DNA of 64,000 bases. It comes from an uncultured delta proteobacterium. GTDB lineage: Bacteria; Myxococcota; Myxococcia; SLRQ01. Under the pieces are notes generated by a model that did no database searches, was not told where the DNA came from, and worked only from the letters and a program-made list of their open reading frames with translations. The DNA lies in the NCBI GenBank assembly GCA_963727485.1, contig CAVSGM010000002.1, positions 256,001 through 320,000 of the forward strand. Reading direction: 5' to 3'. The position numbers were made by a program, and so were the translations under genes. Below, one piece after another: positions 1-10,707 of this stretch; position 1 is the first letter of the stretch, and each line of letters opens with the position of its first letter.

Positions 1-299
1 GCCGCAAGCACATGGTGGCGCGCCTCAACGAGATCGAGGGCATCTCCTGCGCCATGCCCGGCGGGGCCTTCTACGCCTTCCCCGACGTGCGCGGGGTGCT
101 GGCGCGGCGCCTCAAGGGCGAGGTCATCGGTGACACGGCGCGCCTGTGCGAGCTCCTCCTCGACGAGGTGGCGGTGGCGGCGGTGCCCGGGGCGCCGTTC
201 GGCGCCGAGGGGTTCCTGCGGATGAGCTTCGCCACGTCGATGGCGGAGATCGACCGGGGGCTCGACCGCCTCGCCGACTTCGTGTCGCGGCTCGACTGA
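1..299 (+). CDS. PLP-dependent (aspartate-type, class I/II) aminotransferase, 3' end only
   Basis: C-terminal motifs PGGAFYAFP, VAAVPGAPFG..GFLRMSFATS; runs off the left edge. Confidence 0.88.
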   Translation, partial: RKHMVARLNEIEGISCAMPGGAFYAFPDVRGVLARRLKGEVIGDTARLCELLLDEVAVAAVPGAPFGAEGFLRMSFATSMAEIDRGLDRLADFVSRLD

Positions 300-322
300 C
301 GGCGCGCGGAGGAGGGCGGCGG

Positions 323-1296
323 TCAGGGCGCGGCGGTGCACCTTGGGTCGCCGTCGTCGGCGACCTCCACGCCGGGGAGCATGTGGCACTTGGCCTTTCC
401 CCGCTGGTCGTGGCGGACCTCGACCGTGATGGTCGGATCGGCCTCGTTGCCGGAGGCGTCCCGGGCCATGAGGTACACCTTATAGACCCTCGGGGTAGAG
501 CTGCTGCCCTGGCGCTCGGCCCGAAGGCACACGTGGTCCGGCCGCACGAAGACGTCGGGGCTCGTGTTGCCGGAGCCGCGGCCGGTCGCCGGCTGGTTGC
601 TCTCGGCGCCGACGATCTCGAGCTTCGGCGACGGGTCGCAGGTGTCCTTGACCGTTGCCGACAGGTCGCGGTTGGTACGGACCACGACCCACTTGTGGTT
701 GGGCGGCCATAGGCAGAGCGGTCCGGTGTAGGCGAAGTCCGTGAGGTGCGGCGGCGTGGTGTCGCGCACGGTCACGGGGATTGTCGTTTCCCCGCTGCCG
801 AGGACGTGGTCGTAGACGTGGAGCGTGTAGTCTGTCGTGCCCAGGGGCGCCTGAACGGTGACGGTCTCGGAGTTCCCGTCCCGGGCAAGGGCGCCGTCGT
901 CGCCGGTGCCGAGCGGGTGGAACCACTGGTAGTGTGTGACGTGGTCATTCGGGTCGGGGTCGGTGGAGCCGCTTGCGGACAGGGTGACCTTGGCGCCCTC
1001 CGGGGAGGTGCACTCGGTAGGCTTTGCCGGCCCGCTGGCGGCAGCCGTGGGCGGGTGGTTCACGATGTGGCCGCGCAAGTGGAGCTCGATGGCATTGCCC
1101 GATGAGTCCTGCCCGGAGGCGGTGAGGGAGAAGGTGTTGTTGCCCAGATCGAGGGTTCCGGTCACCGGCGCCTGTGTGACGATCTCGGCTCCCTCCCACG
1201 CGCCGTTGTCCTTGGCGCGGACGACAATGAGCATCCGACCCGCGGGGATGGTGAACTTGGTGGCGGAGGTCAACCTTCCGTCCGTGGACGGGCTCG
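323..1296 (-). pseudogene. 3' part of a secreted PKD/HYR-like beta-sandwich protein with no start of its own
   Basis: NHPPTAAA..VTLSASGSTDPD..YQW (PKD-like), VRDTTPP, LWPPNHK, LRAERQG..RVYKV..ARDASGN; protein-like sequence begins only at ~1296. Confidence 0.6.
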
Positions 1297-1755
1297 GGGC
1301 AGCCGCTCGCCCTTCCATTGGCAGTAGCGCACGGCCGCCTTGGCCGAGACGCCGTAGATCGGATACTTGCGGTGGGTCGGGTCGGCCATCTCCGCCTTGA
1401 GGTCTGGGACGAGGCTCGTCATCTCCCACGGCGTCGTGCAGAAGCCGGCGTCCATGCACTTCTTGTAGTCGCCGAAGGTCACCTCGTAGGTGTCGATGAA
1501 GTACGGGCTGAGAGTCACCTGGTGGACCGGCGCGAAGTCGCTGCACAGCACGTTGCCACCCTGCTGGTTGTCACAGGCTGGCGCGCCGGGCATCGGTGCG
1601 TGTCCCATCTCGAAGGTCCCGCCGGGGATGAACACCTCGCCCGGCGGAACCTTCGGTACCACGGGCTGGCACTCGCATCCGCCGACCGTCAACGCGACCA
1701 CCAGCATCGGGAGCCGTCCACCCCGTCCTCTTGCAGGTCGCCCCAGCGTCGGCAT
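1270..1755 (-). pseudogene. Truncated FGE/SUMF1-domain lipoprotein
   Basis: Lipobox-like LTVGGC, IPGGTFEMG, PVHQVTLSPYFIDTYEVT, YCQWKGERLP; the expected TEAEWE continuation is absent; AGGAGA RBS upstream. Confidence 0.7.
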
Positions 1756-1941
1756 GGGCTATCTCCTAGGTGATCACGCTACCTGCCTGGAGTGGCCGCG
1801 GTCAAAGCGGCCTCTTGACGGACGCCACCGCTGACTTCCTTGGGTGACGGTCGCCGAGGCAGCTCCCGAGCCGACCGCCGTAGCTCGGTACAGCGCTCCA
1901 CCGCCGGTGTCACGAGCCGCGAGGGAGTAGCCTGCCCCCGG

Positions 1942-2778
1942 TCAGTCGGTGTACGCCACCGCGACCCAGCGGCCGTACTTCTTCTTGAACACCGCGACGT
2001 AGCCGTGGCCGCCGAGGTCGGCGATGGCCACCCAGGCGCCCTCGAGGTCCAGCTTGCCGAGACGCGCGGGCGGGGCGCCGTACTGCTTCACCATCGCGTC
2101 CGCCGGGAGTGTCTTCATCCCGTAGAGGGGCAGGCGGGAGAAGTCCTTGCCCTGGAAGAGCACCGTGAGCCGGCTGACCAAGTTCGACTTGGAGCGGAGG
2201 GTCTCGCCGTCGAGATCGAAGGGGAAGCCCGAGAGCTCGGCCATCGCCGCCGGGACCTGGCTGGTGAGACCCTGGAAGAAGAGCCGGGCGGTGGCGACGA
2301 GCTCGGGATTGGCGGCCGGAATCGGGGCCACCGGCGTCTTGGCCGCCGGGGCAGGCGTCGCCGCCCTCCGAGTCACCTGGGCCTTCGGCGCGGTCTTCTT
2401 CTTCGCCGGCGCGGGCGCCGGTGCCACCTTGGCCGTGGCGTTCTTCGCCGGGGTGGGGGACTTCGCCGCGCCGGCGTGTGCCTTCTCGGCGGCATGCCGC
2501 TTGGTCACCCCAAGCTGTTTGCCCGCCACGGCCTTCTTCGCCGGCTTCGCCTTCTTCTTGGCGACGGCCGGTTTCTTCTTCGCCGTTGCCGCCGTCTTCT
2601 TCGCCGGCGCGGGCGCCGGCGCCGCCATGGCCGCGGCCTTCTTCGCCGGCGCCGCGGCCTTCTTCGCCGGCGCCGCCCTGGCAGCCGGCGCGCTCGCTGC
2701 CCCGCCCCCATCCTGGGCGAAGGCCACGAGAGGGATCGACCCGGCGGCGACGAGGGCAGCGATCAGGCGCGTACGCAT
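1942..2778 (-). CDS. Exported protein with a long Ala/Lys/Pro-rich region and a small C-terminal globular domain
   Basis: ATG 2778, signal peptide MRTRLIAALVAAGSIPLVAFA, repeated PAKKAAA/APAPAKK; fused to pyk in the ORF track. Confidence 0.75.
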   Translation of the reverse strand: MRTRLIAALVAAGSIPLVAFAQDGGGAASAPAARAAPAKKAAAPAKKAAAMAAPAPAPAKKTAATAKKKPAVAKKKAKPAKKAVAGKQLGVTKRHAAEKAHAGAAKSPTPAKNATAKVAPAPAPAKKKTAPKAQVTRRAATPAPAAKTPVAPIPAANPELVATARLFFQGLTSQVPAAMAELSGFPFDLDGETLRSKSNLVSRLTVLFQGKDFSRLPLYGMKTLPADAMVKQYGAPPARLGKLDLEGAWVAIADLGGHGYVAVFKKKYGRWVAVAYTD

Positions 2779-2837
2779 CGCCCGCGAGGATGCCGAGGCC
2801 CGGGATGCCGGTCGACCATCCCGTGCCCCCGGCCCGC

Positions 2838-4257
2838 CTACTCGAATCCGGTGCAGCTTCAAGAGGTTCGTCGACTGCCGCTGGTTCGGCGGCACCCCGG
2901 CCACCAGCGCGATCGCCTCGCCCTTGCCGCAGATCCGCCGCTCCACCAGGTACCGCTCCACCGCGTCGAACATCTCGTCGGTGGACCCGAAGCGCTTGAT
3001 GGGCTGGGGCATCACCCCCCAGGTCAGGGCCATGCGCCGGAGGGTCGCCGGTACCGGGGTGAAGGCGACGATCCGCGCTTCGGGCCGGTACTCGGAGATG
3101 AGCACGGCGCTGCGCCCGGTCTCGGTGAAGGCCACGATGGTGTCGATCCCCAGGTCCGAGGCGGCGCTCACCGCGGCCCGGGCGGTGGCGTTCTGGAAGG
3201 TGGGCAGGTCCTTGAGGAACGCCCGGTTGGACTGGGCCCGGTACCGGGGGCTCGCCTCGACCTCCATGACGATGGAGGCCATCATCTCGACCGACGCCAC
3301 CGGGTGATCGCCGGCCGCCGTCTCCCCGGAGAGCATCACCGCGTCGCTCCCGTCGAACACGGCGTTGGCCACGTCCGAGACCTCGGCCCGGGTGGGCCGG
3401 GGGTTCTTGGTCATGGACTCGAGCATCTGGGTGGCGGTGATCACCAGCTTGCCGAAGGCGTTCCCCCGCTCGATGGCCGTCTTCTGGATCACCGGGACCT
3501 TCTCCGGGGGCAGCTCCACCCCCAGGTCCCCGCGGGCGACCATGATCCCGTCGGCGGCGGCGATGATGGCGTCGAGGCGGTCCACCGCGTTGGGCCGCTC
3601 GATCTTGGCGATGATCGGGGTCCCGCCGCTCATGGGATCCCCCAGGATCTCCCGGAGCGCGCGCACGTCCTCGGGCCCCTGGACGAACGACAGGGCCACG
3701 TAGTCCATCCCCAGCTGCTTGCCGAACTCGGCGTCGGCGATGTCCTTCTCGGTGAGCGCCGGCTGGCTCACCGCGCTCCCCGGGAGGTTCATGCCCTTCC
3801 GGTCCTTGAGGACCCCGCCGTTGACCACCCGGCACTTCACCTCGTCCTTCTTGACCTTGAGGACCTCGAGCTTGATCAGCCCGTCGTCGAGGAGGATGGG
3901 TTCGCCGCGCTGCACGTCCCGGGGCAGGGCCTCGTACTCGGTGGGGATCCGGGCGGCGGTGCCGATCACCTTCTTGGTGGTGATCGTCACCTCGGCGCCC
4001 TCCTCCAGGGTCACCTTCCCGCCCTTCATCTTCCCCACGCGGATCTTGGGGCCGCAGAGGTCCTGGAGGATCGCCACCGGCCGGCCGAGGCGCTCGGAGG
4101 CCTGGCGGACCCGGCGGAAGACCTCGGCGTGATCGTCGTGGGTGCCGTGGGAGAAGTTCAGGCGGGCACAGTCCATCCCTGCCTGGATGAGGGCTTCGAT
4201 GCGCTCCGGGGTGTGGGACGCCGGCCCCAGGGTGCAGATGATCTTGGTCTTGCGCAT
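2838..4257 (-). CDS. pyk: Pyruvate kinase
   Basis: MRKTKIICTLGPAS, RLNFSHG, IMVARGDLGVE, ATQMLESM, MLSGETA; probable true stop TAG at 2840-2838 sits out of frame by one extra base. Confidence 0.96.
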
Positions 4258-4298
4258 GGGGTCCCTGCATAGGACGACCCGTGGGTGACGGCAATCAC

Positions 4299-4328
4299 TT
4301 GACCGTGACGGGGGGGAAAACCTAGGCT
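4299..4328 (+). promoter_or_regulatory. Putative sigma70-type promoter for the DUF4870-like gene
   Basis: TTGACC-18 bp-TAGGCT. Confidence 0.4.
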
Positions 4329-4390
4329 GCGCCGCAGAGTTGGGTCCGAGCCGGGGGGACCGGCCGGACGTCGACCGGAGGACTCTTGAG

Positions 4391-4783
4391 ATGACCAATC
4401 CGACCCAGCAGACCAATGGCACCGAGCCCGCGGCCACGCCCGGGGGGCCGCTCGCCACCCAGAAGCGCGACCAGGACGGCGCGATGATCTTCCTGTCCTA
4501 CTTCGGGATCTTCTCGCTGATCCCGTTCCTCACCGTGAAGGACAGCGACTACATCCGCTGGCACGCCAAGCAGGGCCTCACCTTCACCGCGGTGTGGTTC
4601 GCGGCGTACATCGCCCTGTTGATCGTCAACGTCATCCCGGTGATCGGGACGATCATCGGCCTGATCGGCTGGGCGGTGATGGGCGTCGGCGGGTTCGTCC
4701 TCTGGATCATGGCCATGGTGAAGGCCTTCGGCGGGGAGCGCTGGAAGATCCCCGTCATCGGCGACCTCGCCGAGAAGTGGTAG
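4391..4783 (+). CDS. DUF4870-like small membrane protein
   Basis: LSYFGIFSLIP..YIRWHAKQGL..KAFGGERWKIPVIGDLAEK; 3 hydrophobic segments. Confidence 0.8.
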   Translation: MTNPTQQTNGTEPAATPGGPLATQKRDQDGAMIFLSYFGIFSLIPFLTVKDSDYIRWHAKQGLTFTAVWFAAYIALLIVNVIPVIGTIIGLIGWAVMGVGGFVLWIMAMVKAFGGERWKIPVIGDLAEKW

Positions 4784-4829
4784 CGGCGGCGCCCGCCCGG
4801 GCGCCCCACCGTCCGGCGGGGACGACCTC

Positions 4830-5114
4830 CTAGAGGTCGTCCTCGTCCTCGTCGTCGTCGATCGCCACGCCGACGATGCCGTCGGCCGCGGGCAGGTCCT
4901 CCTCGCCGTTGACCTCCACGGAGATCACGAAGGCGCGGGAGAGGCGCGCGGCGGACGCCAGGAACTCCTCGAGGGTGGCGGCCACGTCGCCGACCTGAGT
5001 GGGGTCGGCCTCCACGCCGCACCCCTCGCACACGAGGACCGGGTCATCGGTGAGATCCGCGAGGTCGGCCTCGGTCTCCGCACCGCACTTCCTGCAGGTG
5101 AATTGGAGTTCCAT
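4830..5114 (-). CDS. Small acidic zinc-ribbon protein
   Basis: CRKC and CEGC pairs; acidic tail DDDEDEDDL. Confidence 0.7.
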   Translation of the reverse strand: MELQFTCRKCGAETEADLADLTDDPVLVCEGCGVEADPTQVGDVAATLEEFLASAARLSRAFVISVEVNGEEDLPAADGIVGVAIDDDEDEDDL

Positions 5115-5216
5115 GGACCGCCGGATAAGGCACGTCCCCGTCGGTGTCAAGCGCCGGAGCCGGGGGCCCACGGGGCGCCCGCGGCGGCCGGATCCGCGCG
5201 CGTCGGCCCGCCTTGA

Positions 5217-6419
<1,203 letters not shown>

Positions 6420-6425
6420 CCCAAC

Positions 6426-7595
6426 ATGAAGATCCACGAGTACCAGGCCAAGGAGATCCTCCGGCGCTTCGGGGTTCCGACCCTCGAGGGGCAGGTGGCC
6501 GATGAACCCGCCGATGCCGAGCGCATCGCCAAGGAGCTGGGGACCCCCGTGGTGGTGGTCAAGGCCCAGATCCACGCCGGTGGTCGCGGCAAGGGTGGCG
6601 GGGTGAAGCTCGCCAGGAGCCCCGCCGAGGCCAAGGCCGCACGCCGCGGCGATGCTGGGCAAGCCCCTGGTGACCCACCAGACCGGCCCCGAGGGCAAGG
6701 TGGTGCACCGGGTGCTGGTGGAGGCCGGGTGCGACATCGCCCGGGAGCTCTACCTCGCCGTCACCCTCGACCGCGACCGCGCCCAGGACGCCATCATGGC
6801 CTCCAGCGAGGGCGGGGTGGAGATCGAGGAGGTGGCGACCCACCACCCGGAGAAGATCCTCAAGGTGCACGTGGATCCCCTCATCGGCCTGCGCGACTTC
6901 CAGGCCCGGGAGCTCGGCTACGCCCTGGGCCTCGACGGCAAGGCGCTCAAGCAGTTCACCAGGTTCGTGCAGGCCCTCTACCAGGCCTACCGCCAGACCG
7001 ACGCCTCGCTGGCCGAGATCAACCCCCTGGTGGTCACCACCGGTGACGAGCTCATCGCCCTCGACGCCAAGATGAACTTCGACGACAACGCCCTCTACCG
7101 GCACCAGGACATCCAGGGCTACCGGGACGTCACCGAGGAGGACCCCCGGGAGGTGCAGGCCAAGGAGTACGACCTGTCCTACATCGCCCTGGACGGCACC
7201 ATCGGGTGCATGGTCAACGGGGCGGGGCTGGCGATGGCCACCATGGACATCATCAAGCTCCACGGCGCCGAGCCGGCCAACTTCCTCGACGTGGGCGGCG
7301 GCGCCGACGAGGCCAAGGTCACCGAGGCCTTCAAGATCATCCTCGGCGACCCGAAGGTGAAGGCCGTCCTGGTGAACATCTTCGGCGGCATCATGAAGTG
7401 CGACGTCATCGCCGAGGGCGTGGTGGCGGCGGCCAAGGAGGTCGGCCTCCAGGTGCCCCTGGTGGTGCGCCTCGAGGGCACCAACGTCGACCAGGGCAAG
7501 GCGATCCTGGCCAAGAGCGGCCTGAAGATCACCTCGGCGGACACCATGGAGACGCGGCGGCCAAGGTCGTCGCCGCGGCGAAGGAGCAGGGCTGA
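6426..7595 (+). CDS. sucC: Succinyl-CoA synthetase beta subunit (two apparent frameshifts, ~6638 and ~7549)
   Basis: [55 protein letters not shown] spread over three frames. Confidence 0.95.
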
Positions 7596-8470
7596 TGGCC
7601 GTTCTCATCGACAAGGACACCAAGGTCGTGGTCCAGGGGATCACCGGTTCGGCGGGGGGCTTCCACGCCGGGCAGATGGTCGAGTACGGCACCCAGGTGG
7701 TCGCCGGCGTCACCCCGGGCAAGGGGGGCCAGAAGTTCCAGGACACCGTGCCCATCTTCGACACCGTCGCCCAGGCGGTGAAGGAGACCGGCGCCGACGT
7801 CTCGGTGATCTTCGTGCCGCCCCCGTTCGCCGCCGACGCCATCCTCGAGGCGGCCGACGCCGGCGTGCGCCTGGTCATCTGCATCACCGAGGGCATCCCC
7901 ATCCGGGACATGGTCCCGGTCAAGCGCTACCTCCAGGAGAAGAACATCACCCTGGTGGGGCCCAACTGCCCCGGCGTGATCACCCCCGAGCAGTGCAAGA
8001 TCGGCATCATGCCCGGGCACATCCACCGGCCCGGCCGCATCGGCGTCGTCTCCCGCTCGGGCACCCTCACCTACGAGGCGGTGGCCCAGCTGGTCGCCGT
8101 GGGCCTGGGGCAGTCGACCGCCATCGGCATCGGTGGCGACCCCATCCACGGGATGGGCTTCATCGACGCCCTGACCCTCTTCAACGACGACCCGGACACC
8201 GAGGGTGTGGTCATGATCGGCGAGATCGGGGGCTCCGAGGAGGAGGCCGCGGCCGAGTGGATCAAGGCCAACATGACCAAGCCCGTCGCCGGGTTCATCG
8301 CCGGACGCACCGCGCCCAAGGGCAAGCGGATGGGCCACGCCGGAGCCATCATCTCCGGCGGCAAGGGCACCGCCGCCCACAAGATCGCCGCCCTGAAGGA
8401 GGCGGGAGTGCACATGGCAGACTCCCCCGCCGAGCTCGGGACCACCATGAAGAAGGCCCTCGCCAGCTAG
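7595..8470 (+). CDS. sucD: Succinyl-CoA synthetase alpha subunit
   Basis: [29 protein letters not shown]. Confidence 0.97.
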   Translation: MAVLIDKDTKVVVQGITGSAGGFHAGQMVEYGTQVVAGVTPGKGGQKFQDTVPIFDTVAQAVKETGADVSVIFVPPPFAADAILEAADAGVRLVICITEGIPIRDMVPVKRYLQEKNITLVGPNCPGVITPEQCKIGIMPGHIHRPGRIGVVSRSGTLTYEAVAQLVAVGLGQSTAIGIGGDPIHGMGFIDALTLFNDDPDTEGVVMIGEIGGSEEEAAAEWIKANMTKPVAGFIAGRTAPKGKRMGHAGAIISGGKGTAAHKIAALKEAGVHMADSPAELGTTMKKALAS

Positions 8471-8501
8471 GCGAACGGGCCCCAAACCCCACGGAGCAGC
8501 A

Positions 8502-8933
8502 ATGGCCACCGAACGGACCTTCGCGATCATCAAGCCCGACGGCCTGGAGAAGCACGTCGTCGGCAAGATCCTCGCCCGCATCGAGGAAGAGGGGCTGACC
8601 CCCATCGCCATGCGCATGGCGCACCTCTCGAAGCGGGAGGCCGAGGGCTTCTACGCCGTCCACCGCGAGCGCCCCTTCTTCAACGATCTGGTCACCTTCA
8701 TGACCCGGGGCCCGGTGCTCCTCATGGTCCTCGAGGGCGACGACGCCATCGCCACCTGGCGGCGGGTCATGGGCGCCACCGACCCGGCCAAGGCCGACGA
8801 GGGCACCCTCCGGAAGCTCCACGCCAGCAACATCGAGGAGAACACCGTCCACGGGTCCGACGCCCCCGAGACGGCGACCTTCGAGATCGGCTGGTTCTTC
8901 CGCCACAGCGACCTGACCCCGCCGGCGAAGTAG
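8502..8933 (+). CDS. ndk: Nucleoside diphosphate kinase
   Basis: [25 protein letters not shown]. Confidence 0.97.
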   Translation: MATERTFAIIKPDGLEKHVVGKILARIEEEGLTPIAMRMAHLSKREAEGFYAVHRERPFFNDLVTFMTRGPVLLMVLEGDDAIATWRRVMGATDPAKADEGTLRKLHASNIEENTVHGSDAPETATFEIGWFFRHSDLTPPAK

Positions 8934-8970
8934 CCCCGGCATCGGCCCCCGCGGCCGGTCCCCGCAGTCC

Positions 8971-9014
8971 TCGCGCCCCCTCTGGATCCGGGAATCCGGC
9001 TCCGAGGGGGCGCG
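8971..9014 (+). terminator. GC-rich hairpin after ndk
   Basis: CGCGCCCCCCTC...GAGGGGGCGCG inverted repeat; no U tract. Confidence 0.35.
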
Positions 9015-9065
9015 TTGCTGGGGTGGTCCCGAGCTGCTATCTTTCCCCCACGCGACATATCGACG

Positions 9066-9165
9066 GCGCGTCCTTCCCCGGGCCGGCTGCGGCCGGTCTC
9101 GGCCACGAGAGGCCGAGGGCACGACGTCATCCCCGGTGCCCGGGCCCTGGAGCGGGGGGAGCGCG
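9066..9165 (+). ncRNA. Candidate structured leader RNA (four-way junction)
   Basis: Three abutting hairpins 9081-9098, 9099-9116, 9117-9141 enclosed by 9066-9080/9153-9165; TGcTATCTT extended -10 at 9034-9042. Confidence 0.3.
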
Positions 9166-9203
9166 GCGCGGAGCCGGCACCGGCGTAGAGGACATACCCG
9201 TAC

Positions 9204-10649
9204 TTGGACCCATCACCTGAATCGATCGCGGCCTGGCAAATCTGGATCCTCGTCGCGCTCATCGCCGGATCCTTCTTTTTCGCGGGGACGGAGACCGCGC
9301 TCACCAGCCTCGGCGAGGCCAAGGCGCGCCAGCTCCGGGACCGCCTCGGCCGCCGGGGCCGGGTCCTGGGGCTGTGGATCGACCACCCCCAGAAGGTCCT
9401 GACCGCGCTCCTCATCGGGAACAACGCGGTCAACATCGCCGCCTCGGCCATGTCCACCGCGGTGGTCCTCCAGGCCTTCGGCTCGACGGCGGTGGCCATC
9501 GCCACCGGCCTGCTCACCCTGGTGATCATCGTCATCGGGGAGATCATCCCCAAGACCCTGGCCCGGGAGCACGCCGCCAAGGTCGCGGTGGTGGCCCTCC
9601 GGATGCTCCAGCCGTTCTACGTGCTGATCTTCCCCATGGCCTGGACGCTGGTGAAGATGACCGGGGGCATCTCCCGGGCCATGGGCGGGGGCAAGAAGGC
9701 CCCGCCGGTGACCAGCGAGGACATCGACTACCTCATCGGCCTCGGCTCGGAGCTGGGCGCCCTCGAGGGGGTCAAGCGGGATCTGCTCAACAGCGTCCTC
9801 GAGTTCACCGACCTCCGGGCCAAGGAGATCATGGTCCCCCGCACCCAGATGGTCTCCCTGGAGGTGGGCGCGCCCTTCGACGAGGTCCTCGACCTGGTCG
9901 AGGAGACCGAGCACAGCCGGATCCCCGTCTTCGAGGGCACCGTCGACAACATCGTCGGGGTCCTCCACGTGAAGGACCTCCTCCACGGCCTGCGCCACGG
10001 CGAGATCACCGCCGAGCACTTCGAGCTGCGCCCCTGGGTGCGCGCCCCGTTCTTCGTCCCCGAGGTGATGAAGGTCAGCCGCCTGATGAAGGAGATGCAG
10101 CGCCGGCGCACCCACCTCTCGGTGGTGGTCGACGAGTTCGGCGGCACCAGCGGCATCGTCACCCTCGAGGACGTGGTCGAGGAGATCGTCGGCGAGATCC
10201 AGGACGAGCACGACGTCGCCGAGCACCCGGTGAAGATGCTCCCCGACGGCAAGCTCCTGGTCGACGCCGGGCTGCCCCTGCGCGAGCTCGAGGAGGTCCT
10301 CGAGGTCGAGTTCCCCGAGGACGGCGACTACGAGACCCTGGGCGGCTTCCTCACCGCCACCGCCGGGCAGGTGCCCCCCAAGGGGTCGCTGGTGGCCTAC
10401 GGCGGTTTCACCTTCACCGTCCGCGAGGCCGACGAGAAGCGGGTCCACGCGGTGGAGGTCAGCCGGGCCCCCGAGCTCCCCGACGAGCCCAAGGACCAGG
10501 GCGACGGCGGCGGCAGCGCCCCCGGCGGCGGCACCGGGGAGGTCGGCGGGGGGGACGCCGGCCAGAGCGCGGTCCACGGGCTCCGGGCCGCCGCCCCGGT
10601 CGGGGACCGCACCCTCGACGGCGCCCGGTACTTCTCCAAGGCCACCTGA
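9204..10649 (+). CDS. CNNM/CorB (hemolysin-family) transporter: DUF21 + 2 CBS + CorC domain
   Basis: FFAGTETAL, LIGNNAVNI, GEIIPK, IMVPR, HSRIPV, VVDEFGGTSGIVTLEDVVEEIVGEIQDE; TTG start inferred. Confidence 0.92.
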   Translation: MDPSPESIAAWQIWILVALIAGSFFFAGTETALTSLGEAKARQLRDRLGRRGRVLGLWIDHPQKVLTALLIGNNAVNIAASAMSTAVVLQAFGSTAVAIATGLLTLVIIVIGEIIPKTLAREHAAKVAVVALRMLQPFYVLIFPMAWTLVKMTGGISRAMGGGKKAPPVTSEDIDYLIGLGSELGALEGVKRDLLNSVLEFTDLRAKEIMVPRTQMVSLEVGAPFDEVLDLVEETEHSRIPVFEGTVDNIVGVLHVKDLLHGLRHGEITAEHFELRPWVRAPFFVPEVMKVSRLMKEMQRRRTHLSVVVDEFGGTSGIVTLEDVVEEIVGEIQDEHDVAEHPVKMLPDGKLLVDAGLPLRELEEVLEVEFPEDGDYETLGGFLTATAGQVPPKGSLVAYGGFTFTVREADEKRVHAVEVSRAPELPDEPKDQGDGGGSAPGGGTGEVGGGDAGQSAVHGLRAAAPVGDRTLDGARYFSKAT

Positions 10650-10707
10650 CGTCCTGGCCGCCTGACGCCTTGCGGCCGCCGCGACCCCGGCCTAAACCGA
10701 CCCCGCC

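Noticed and set aside
1270..1755. FGE-type domain as a diversity-generating retroelement target
   Set aside because: No reverse transcriptase or template/variable repeat pair is visible, and the C-terminal part of the domain is missing.
2330..2700. Tandem GCCTTCTTCGCCGGC-type repeats
   Set aside because: They are the codons of the PAKKA protein repeats; there is no repeat-spacer structure, so not CRISPR.
1942..4458. 838-aa pyruvate kinase fused to an AKK-rich domain
   Set aside because: Removing one T from CGGATTCGAGTAG gives R-I-E-stop at the normal Pyk end, and the downstream part has its own ATG and signal peptide; most likely an indel error.
6426..7595. Programmed frameshifting or pseudogenisation of sucC (also glpX and the amidase)
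   Set aside because: No slippery heptamers or other decay; fits the local indel-error pattern.
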